Assembly: GCA_023129115.1 (NCBI GenBank)
Contig: JAGMCR010000012.1
Location: forward strand, 1 to 64,000
DNA from: Candidatus Iainarchaeum sp.
Lineage (GTDB): Archaea; B1Sed10-29; WALL01
Reading direction: 5' to 3'
DNA length: 64,000 nucleotides
In this document: in pieces, positions 58,113-64,000 of the stretch
Numbering within the stretch: the first letter of the stretch is position 1
How the letters are laid out: each line of letters opens with the position of its first letter
The notes under the pieces: model-generated
Told to the model about the DNA's origin: nothing
The model's input: only the letters and a program-made list of their open reading frames with translations
Database searches by the model: none
Position numbers and translations under genes: made by a program

Positions 58113-58793
58113 ATGCAGGCAAAGAACAAGAGAGTGCAACGCAAGCCGAGGAAGACGCGGGAGGAGCAGCGGCAGGAAATGCTCGTCGAGTGGGTCCCCA
58201 AGACCAGGACCGGCAAGCTTGTGCTCGCCGGCGACGTCACTTCGATTGAGCAGCTTTACGACAAGAACCTGCCCATACTCGAGTCCGAGATAGTGGACAT
58301 GCTCGTCCCCGACCTGCAGGAAGAGGTCCTGAACGTCAAGGCCGTGCAGAGGACCACTGACTCCGGCAGGAAGAGGAGCTTTTTGGTGACTGCGGCCGTC
58401 GGGAACAAGGCAGGCTATGTCGGCGTTGGCACCGGCAGGGGCTTGAACGTGCGGCCCGCGATACAGAAGGCGGTCGAGAACGCGAAGCTCAACATCATAG
58501 CAATCCGCCAGGGCTGCGGCTCCTGGGAGTGCGGGTGCGGCCTGGGCCACAGCGTGCCTTACAAGAGCAAGGGCAAGTGCGGCTCGGTAAGGATGACGCT
58601 CATCCCCGCGCCGAAGGGCACGGGCATCGTCGCCGGGAGAACGGCAAGGAAAGTGCTCGAGCTGGCGGGAATCAAGGACGTGTGGACCAAGACCAAGGGC
58701 GACACGCGCACGGTGTTCAACTTCGCGGTCGCGACGCTTGACGCGCTGAAGAACATCAGGCGGAAAAAGTTCCCAGTGGGTGAGGCGTCTTGA
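58113..58793 (+). CDS. rps5: 30S ribosomal protein S5
   Basis: WVPKT..G, GCGSWEC, PAPKGTG. Confidence 0.96.
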   Translation: MQAKNKRVQRKPRKTREEQRQEMLVEWVPKTRTGKLVLAGDVTSIEQLYDKNLPILESEIVDMLVPDLQEEVLNVKAVQRTTDSGRKRSFLVTAAVGNKAGYVGVGTGRGLNVRPAIQKAVENAKLNIIAIRQGCGSWECGCGLGHSVPYKSKGKCGSVRMTLIPAPKGTGIVAGRTARKVLELAGIKDVWTKTKGDTRTVFNFAVATLDALKNIRRKKFPVGEAS

Positions 58794-59221
58794 AGCGCAT
58801 TGCAGTAGTCAAGGTGAGGGGAAGCATCCGCGTGCCCCAGACGGTTAAGGACACCATGGCAATGATTAACCTCACGAGGGTGAACCACTGCGTGCTCATC
58901 GACGACCGGGACACTTACAAGGGAATGCTCCAGAAGGCAAAGGACTACATCACGTGGGGCGAGGTATCGCCCAAGAGCATGGAGAGAATGCTCACAAAGA
59001 GGGGCAATGTCACGGACTTTGGCAAGTACAAGACCGTGGAGGCGTTTGTCGAGGCATTCATGAAGTTCGAGGGCGAGCTGGACGAAATACACGCTGGGCC
59101 GGTGTTCAGGCTTTCCCCCCCGAAGAAGGGGTACGAGAGCACCAAGAAGCCGTTCGCGAAGAAGGGCTCGCTCGGCAACCGGGGCGAGGCGATTAACCAG
59201 CTGCTCGCGAGGATGATATAA
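58790..59221 (+). CDS. rpl30: 50S ribosomal protein L30 (uL30)
   Basis: [23 protein letters not shown]. Confidence 0.94.
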   Translation: MKRIAVVKVRGSIRVPQTVKDTMAMINLTRVNHCVLIDDRDTYKGMLQKAKDYITWGEVSPKSMERMLTKRGNVTDFGKYKTVEAFVEAFMKFEGELDEIHAGPVFRLSPPKKGYESTKKPFAKKGSLGNRGEAINQLLARMI

Positions 59222-59613
59222 TGCCGCAGAAGAAGAGGAAGATACGTGTCGGAAAGCAGCTCGGGACGAGGACTGTTGGCAGGGGCAGGAAGGGCAGCCG
59301 CAAGAAGGGCGGCGGCCGCGGCCTCGCTGGGTCGTCCAAGCACAAGTTCTCGTGGATACTCAAGAACAAGCCCGACCACTTCGGCGCAGAGTCCATGACC
59401 GGCGCGAAGAAGCCGAAAGCCGTCAACGTAGGATATTTAAATGAGTTAGCAGTAACTAAAGGCAAAGACGAGCTAAATGCTGCCAGTCTCGGGTTCGGAA
59501 AAGTCCTTGGGAGCGGCGAGGTGACAAGGGCTATTACAGTCAAGGCCAAGCTGTTCACTGCCAAGGCCAAGGAAAAGATTGAAGCCGCTGGCGGCCAAGC
59601 TGTTACGGTGTAA
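59221..59613 (+). CDS. rpl15: 50S ribosomal protein L15
   Basis: GGRGLAG..KHK, KVLGSG, KIEAAGG. Confidence 0.93.
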   Translation: MPQKKRKIRVGKQLGTRTVGRGRKGSRKKGGGRGLAGSSKHKFSWILKNKPDHFGAESMTGAKKPKAVNVGYLNELAVTKGKDELNAASLGFGKVLGSGEVTRAITVKAKLFTAKAKEKIEAAGGQAVTV

Positions 59614-59615
59614 AA

Positions 59616-61139
59616 ATGGCCCTAGAGTTCCTTGACCCGGTTATCCAGCTGCTTCCTGAAGTGAAGAAGCCAGCCCAAAAGCCGGAGTTCAAGAAGCGGA
59701 TTATGTGGGTCGTGGCCGGGATAATGGTCTTCTTCATTCTTGGGCAAATCAGCCCGTTCGGGCTCTTGACGCCCGCAAAGCTTGAGGAAATACGCACCGA
59801 GAACCCCGGGATGTACGCAGAACTCGCCCAGCAGTACGAAGACGTGCTTGGCAGAGTAGGGTTTTTGGAACGTGTGCACACGATTCTGGCGTCGAAGATA
59901 GGCTCGCTGGCAACACTGGGAATCGGCCCGATTGTGATGTCCTCGATTATACTGCAATTGTTATCGGGAGCCGAATTGATACATATAGACAAGGAGAAGT
60001 ACCAGGGAGTGCAAAAGCTGTTCGCGATACTGTTCTGCTTCTTTGAGGCAGGGATATACGTGTTCAGTGGCTTCCTGCCGATTATGCCGAGCGGCGTCTC
60101 GCTGCTGCCGCTGCCAATAATTGGGGAATTGTTTAAACTGAACCATATCCTCGTGCTGACGCAGATATCCATTGGGTCAATCATACTGCTGTATTTAGAC
60201 GAGGTGATATCCAAATACGGATTTGGGTCGGGGATTGGGCTGTTCATTGTGGCAGGCGTGTCGCAGTCCATCATTTTCAGGGCGTTCGACCCAGTGGCGG
60301 GGCTGGTGCCGACGTTCATCACCCAGACAATAAACGCGGGCATCATGGACTTTGACCTGATAGCGCCATTGCTGTTCACCATCCTTGTGTTCCTGGTCGT
60401 TGTGTATGCAGAGGCGATGCGGATAGAGATACCGCTGACCCTTGGGAGGATACGTGGAGTTGGCGGGCGGTACCCGCTGAAGTTCTTCTACGTGTCGAAC
60501 CTGCCGGTGATTCTGGCGGCCGCTTTGTTCGCGAACGTGCAATTGTTCTCGAGCGTGCTGAACGGGCTGGGGTTCCCGCTGCTTGGGACGTTCGGGCCTG
60601 GCGGCAACCCCCTGCCAGAGCTGGTCTTGAGCCTGAACCCGGCCGAGCTGAGCTTCCCCATTGCCTACCTCGTGCAGGCGCCGTACGGGATAATCGGGAC
60701 GTCGTCTGCGATTAACCAGTACATACTCAACCCGACGTACACGCTCCTCGGGATAATCCCGCTGGAGCTGGTGCACCTCCTGCTTTACTCGATAATCCTT
60801 GTCATGGTCTGTGTCGTGTTCGGGATGTTCTGGGTCGAGACCACGGGCATGGGCCCGTCACAGGTGGCGGAGCAGCTGCAGAACGTTGGCTTCTCGGTGC
60901 CCGGCTTCCGGAGGGACAAGCGAGTCATCGAGCGGGTGCTGGAGAGATATATACCAATAATTACTATTGTCGGCTCAGGGGCAGTGGGACTCCTCGCTGC
61001 ATTCGCCGACATCACGGGCGCGCTGGGGACAGGGACGGGCATCCTGCTCAGCGTCGGCATACTGTACCGGCTGTACGAAGAGCTCGCGCAGAGCCAGCTC
61101 ATGGAAATGCATCCTGCACTGAAGCAATTCTTCGGGTGA
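59616..61139 (+). CDS. secY: Preprotein translocase subunit SecY
   Basis: LGIGPIV, SGIGLFI, YVSNLPVIL, PGFRRD, GTGILL. Confidence 0.97.
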   Translation: MALEFLDPVIQLLPEVKKPAQKPEFKKRIMWVVAGIMVFFILGQISPFGLLTPAKLEEIRTENPGMYAELAQQYEDVLGRVGFLERVHTILASKIGSLATLGIGPIVMSSIILQLLSGAELIHIDKEKYQGVQKLFAILFCFFEAGIYVFSGFLPIMPSGVSLLPLPIIGELFKLNHILVLTQISIGSIILLYLDEVISKYGFGSGIGLFIVAGVSQSIIFRAFDPVAGLVPTFITQTINAGIMDFDLIAPLLFTILVFLVVVYAEAMRIEIPLTLGRIRGVGGRYPLKFFYVSNLPVILAAALFANVQLFSSVLNGLGFPLLGTFGPGGNPLPELVLSLNPAELSFPIAYLVQAPYGIIGTSSAINQYILNPTYTLLGIIPLELVHLLLYSIILVMVCVVFGMFWVETTGMGPSQVAEQLQNVGFSVPGFRRDKRVIERVLERYIPIITIVGSGAVGLLAAFADITGALGTGTGILLSVGILYRLYEELAQSQLMEMHPALKQFFG

Positions 61140-61140
61140 T

Positions 61141-61653
61141 ATGAAAATGATTAGTGAACTTTTGGGAGCCAAGCTGCTCTACCCCACTGTGGTGCTGACG
61201 GTCGCGGGAATAGCAATATGCATTACGCTGTTCTCGTCGCTCGTGCACAGGAAGGCCGTGGACCGCAAGCACATGGACGCGGTGCGCGAGCGCATGGAAA
61301 AGCACCAGAAAGAGTATCTGAAAGCGAACGAAGCCGGCGACAAGAAACGGCTCGCCCAGCTCGAGAGGGAGCAGGCCGAGATAATGGGCGCTGTCAAGGA
61401 CAACATGATGGCGTCGCTCAAGCCCACGCTGATGACGATGCCGGTCGTGCTCATCCTGATTTGGCTCATGGGCTCGTGGTACGGCGGGCTTGGGCCGGTG
61501 CTTGACCTGCCGTTCGGGCTGCCGTTCCTCACGCACGCCGTGGAAGAGGCAGGAATAGTGAACGGCGTCGACTGGTTCGGGCTCTACATTGCAAGTGCGA
61601 TTTCGACTGCATTGTTCCTCGAGCTGGTCCTGAGGAAAATCTTCAAGATGTGA
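61141..61653 (+). CDS. DUF106 / EMC3-TMCO1 (Oxa1 superfamily) membrane protein
   Basis: TM-coiled coil-TM layout, W.GLY motif; conserved position after secY. Confidence 0.85.
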   Translation: MKMISELLGAKLLYPTVVLTVAGIAICITLFSSLVHRKAVDRKHMDAVRERMEKHQKEYLKANEAGDKKRLAQLEREQAEIMGAVKDNMMASLKPTLMTMPVVLILIWLMGSWYGGLGPVLDLPFGLPFLTHAVEEAGIVNGVDWFGLYIASAISTALFLELVLRKIFKM

Positions 61654-61660
61654 TGCGCGA

Positions 61661-62230
61661 ATGATTATAGTCGTTGCAAGCCAGCACGGGGCCGGCAAGT
61701 CAACTGCTGTAAACGGGCTTCTGGAAGCATTCTCCGGCATGCGCAAGCTTGAGATGGGGAAAAAGTTCCGCGAGCTCGCCGAGGAAAAGGGAATGACTAT
61801 CGACGAGTTCAGCAAATTCCTCGCGAGCAACCCCGCGGAGTCGGACAGGATTGACCGCGAGATGGACGACTACCAAAAGCGGGAGATAGCAAAGGGCAAC
61901 ATAATCGTGGACAGCAGCCTGGGCGCGATGGCGGCCGAAGGCGCCGACATAAAAGTGCTCCTGACGTGCAATGCAGAGACGCGGGCGCAGCGGGTGCTCG
62001 GGGGCGGGAAGCGCTACGGCGACGAGGGGGCTGGAACCGTTGGCGAAATGGCGCGGCAGCTCATTGAGCGCGACAAGAACGACCAGGAAAGGTACAAGCG
62101 GCTGTACGGCTTCGACATGTTCGACACGGGGAACTATGACCTGGTGGTTGACACCGGCGAAACCACTAAAAACGAGGTCGTCCAAAAGATAGTGGACGAG
62201 CTCAAGAGGAGGAATCCAAATGCTTTTTGA
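61661..62230 (+). CDS. cmk: Cytidylate kinase
   Basis: GAGKST, FRELAEEKGM, RY.RLYG.D...YDLVVDT. Confidence 0.88.
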   Translation: MIIVVASQHGAGKSTAVNGLLEAFSGMRKLEMGKKFRELAEEKGMTIDEFSKFLASNPAESDRIDREMDDYQKREIAKGNIIVDSSLGAMAAEGADIKVLLTCNAETRAQRVLGGGKRYGDEGAGTVGEMARQLIERDKNDQERYKRLYGFDMFDTGNYDLVVDTGETTKNEVVQKIVDELKRRNPNAF

Positions 62231-62435
62231 CGTTGGAAGGGTCTGCGAAAAGACCACTGGAAGGGAAAAGGGAAAGAAGTGCGTAATCGTCAACGTGATT
62301 GACCAGAACTTTGTGCTGGTCGACGGGGAGACCAAGAGAAAGCGCGTCAACGTAAGCCACTTGAAGCCACTGGACCAAGTAGTCAAGATAAAGAAAGGCG
62401 CCAAGACCGAAGAGGTCAAAGCGGCGTTGAAATGA
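62220..62435 (+). CDS. rpl14e: 50S ribosomal protein L14e
   Basis: GRVC.K..GRE.GKKCVIV..ID.NFVLV. Confidence 0.94.
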   Translation: MLFDVGRVCEKTTGREKGKKCVIVNVIDQNFVLVDGETKRKRVNVSHLKPLDQVVKIKKGAKTEEVKAALK

Positions 62436-63307
62436 TTGTCCTTAGGAAAGAAAAAGCCGTCAAGGTAGCGGGGGAAAACGGCGGCTTCCTGATTCTCGAC
62501 AAGCCGAGTGGCCCATCATCGCACGAGGTGACTGCATGGGTAAAGAAGCTCTACGGCGAGAAATGCGGCCATAGCGGGACGCTGGACCCGTTCGCCACCG
62601 GCGTGCTCGTCGTTGCCGTCGGCAAGGCCGTGAAATTACTCCAGGCGCTGGCCAAAAGCGACAAGGAGTACGTGGGCGTCGCGGAATTCTCTGAAAAACC
62701 TGATGAGAAGCGGATTTCCTGGGCGTTTGCCGAGTTTACGGGAGAGATTTACCAGACCCCGCCCAAGGAGAGCGCTGTGAAGAAAGTGCTGCGGAAGCGG
62801 GTGATTCACTCGCTGGAGCTGCTGGAGGTGCAGGGGAGATACGCTTTGTTCCGCGTCGCGTGCCAGCACGGGACATACGTGCGGACGCTGGTGAAGGACA
62901 TTGGGGAAGTGATTGGGGACAAGGCGCGGCTGGTCGAGCTGCGGAGGACCCGCGCGGGGAGCTTCATCGAAGAAAACGCGCTGTTTTTGCAGGACGTTGC
63001 AGACGCGAGCAACCGGCTCGGGGTGCTGCAGCCCATGGAGGCGCTGCCGCTCAAGAAAATCGTTGTTGGGAACAAAGCGGTGAACGCGGTCTGCTACGGC
63101 GCGCGGCTCGCGAGGGCCGGGCTTGCTGCGCTGGACGAGGGCGTTGAGGAGGGAGAGGCTGTGATGCTGCTGACTTCCGGCGGGCAGATTATCGGGCTCG
63201 CAGAGGCATTGATGCCGACGGGCGAGGCCGTTGCCGCGAAGAAGGGCTTTGTCGCGAAGCCGGTGCGTATTGTGATGGGGCGGGACTTGTTCCCGAAGTG
63301 GAAATGA
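62432..63307 (+). CDS. cbf5: Pseudouridine synthase Cbf5 (TruB family) with PUA domain
   Basis: DKPSGPSSHEV, GHSGTLDP, GTYVRTL, ELRRTR. Confidence 0.93.
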   Translation: MIVLRKEKAVKVAGENGGFLILDKPSGPSSHEVTAWVKKLYGEKCGHSGTLDPFATGVLVVAVGKAVKLLQALAKSDKEYVGVAEFSEKPDEKRISWAFAEFTGEIYQTPPKESAVKKVLRKRVIHSLELLEVQGRYALFRVACQHGTYVRTLVKDIGEVIGDKARLVELRRTRAGSFIEENALFLQDVADASNRLGVLQPMEALPLKKIVVGNKAVNAVCYGARLARAGLAALDEGVEEGEAVMLLTSGGQIIGLAEALMPTGEAVAAKKGFVAKPVRIVMGRDLFPKWK

Positions 63308-63900
63308 CCGAGCATTATTACTCAAAGAAGCAGACCAGCAAGCTGATTCGCCGGGAGTGGGCAGTTGAAGTAGGCGGGAAAAAGCTCTTTTTCGAGACCG
63401 CGAGCGGCACGTTTTCGCCGCGGAAGCTGGACATCGGGACACGCGCGCTGCTGAAGTACATGGCTTTGCCTGAAAAAGGCAGGGTGCTCGACCTGGGCTG
63501 CGGGAACGGCGTGATTGGGATAGTGGCGGCGGCTGAAAACCCGCGGCTGGAGCTGGTCTTGAGCGATGTCAATTCGCGTGCGGTGATGGAGTCGAGGAAG
63601 AACATCAAGCGCAACAAGCTCAAGAACGCGAAGGCGATTCAAAGCGATCTCTTTCAGAAAATCACGGGGGGGTTTGACTGTATACTGTCGAACCCCCCCA
63701 TTTCTGCCGGGCGGAAGACCGTGTTCGCGATGGTTGAAGAGAGCTTCGGGCACTTGAATCCCGGCGGGAGCCTGCAAATGGTGGCGCGGAAGACGAAGGG
63801 CGGCGAGATGCTGTCAAAGGAAATGGAGCGCGTCTTCGGGAACGTGGAGGACATTGGCAGGCAATCCGGGTTTCATGTTTATAAATCGGTTAAACAATAA
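63304..63900 (+). CDS. RsmC-like small SAM methyltransferase
   Basis: EHYYS, FS...LD.GT, LDLGCG.G, SNPPI. Confidence 0.9.
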   Translation: MTEHYYSKKQTSKLIRREWAVEVGGKKLFFETASGTFSPRKLDIGTRALLKYMALPEKGRVLDLGCGNGVIGIVAAAENPRLELVLSDVNSRAVMESRKNIKRNKLKNAKAIQSDLFQKITGGFDCILSNPPISAGRKTVFAMVEESFGHLNPGGSLQMVARKTKGGEMLSKEMERVFGNVEDIGRQSGFHVYKSVKQ

Positions 63901-63914
63901 CGTACCGCTTTCAT

Positions 63915-63998
63915 GCTGGGGTGGCGCAATCCGGTACCGCGCAAGCCCGGAAAGCTTGTTTCCTTCGGGATATGTGAGTTCAAATCTCACCCCCAGCG
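63915..63998 (+). tRNA. tRNA-Ser(GGA)
   Basis: CAAGC-CC GGA AA-GCTTG; long variable arm; G73; position 33 reads C. Confidence 0.85.
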
Positions 63999-64000
63999 CT

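Overview
64 kb of an archaeal chromosome with GC-rich core genes. The gene complement (split rpoB''/B' and rpoA'/A'', DUF2666, rpe, multi-intron tRNA, many small tail-anchored hypotheticals) is most consistent with a DPANN lineage such as Micrarchaeota or Iainarchaeota; this assignment is inference. The window holds pyrBI, a large surface glycoprotein, DGGGP synthase, pentose-phosphate genes, the RNA polymerase/str cluster, archease plus intein-containing RtcB, the S10-spc-like ribosomal superoperon and 15 tRNA genes. Accessory DNA comprises two AT-richer islands (about 14.1-17.3 kb and 45.1-48.1 kb) and a free-standing LAGLIDADG ORF. The most striking unexplained signal is a modular family of about 10 short (60-210 nt) hairpin elements. 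They sit at tRNA gene ends and once at the rpoA'/rpoA'' junction, most are flanked by 15-26 nt direct repeats of the target, and their stems show compensatory and G-T changes, suggesting an undescribed non-autonomous, tRNA-targeting mobile element. Also notable is a tRNA-Tyr with two introns (35/36 and 37/38) separated by a 2-nt micro-exon, which appear to need ordered splicing. All calls were made by eye from the sequence and ORF track; no database searches were run.
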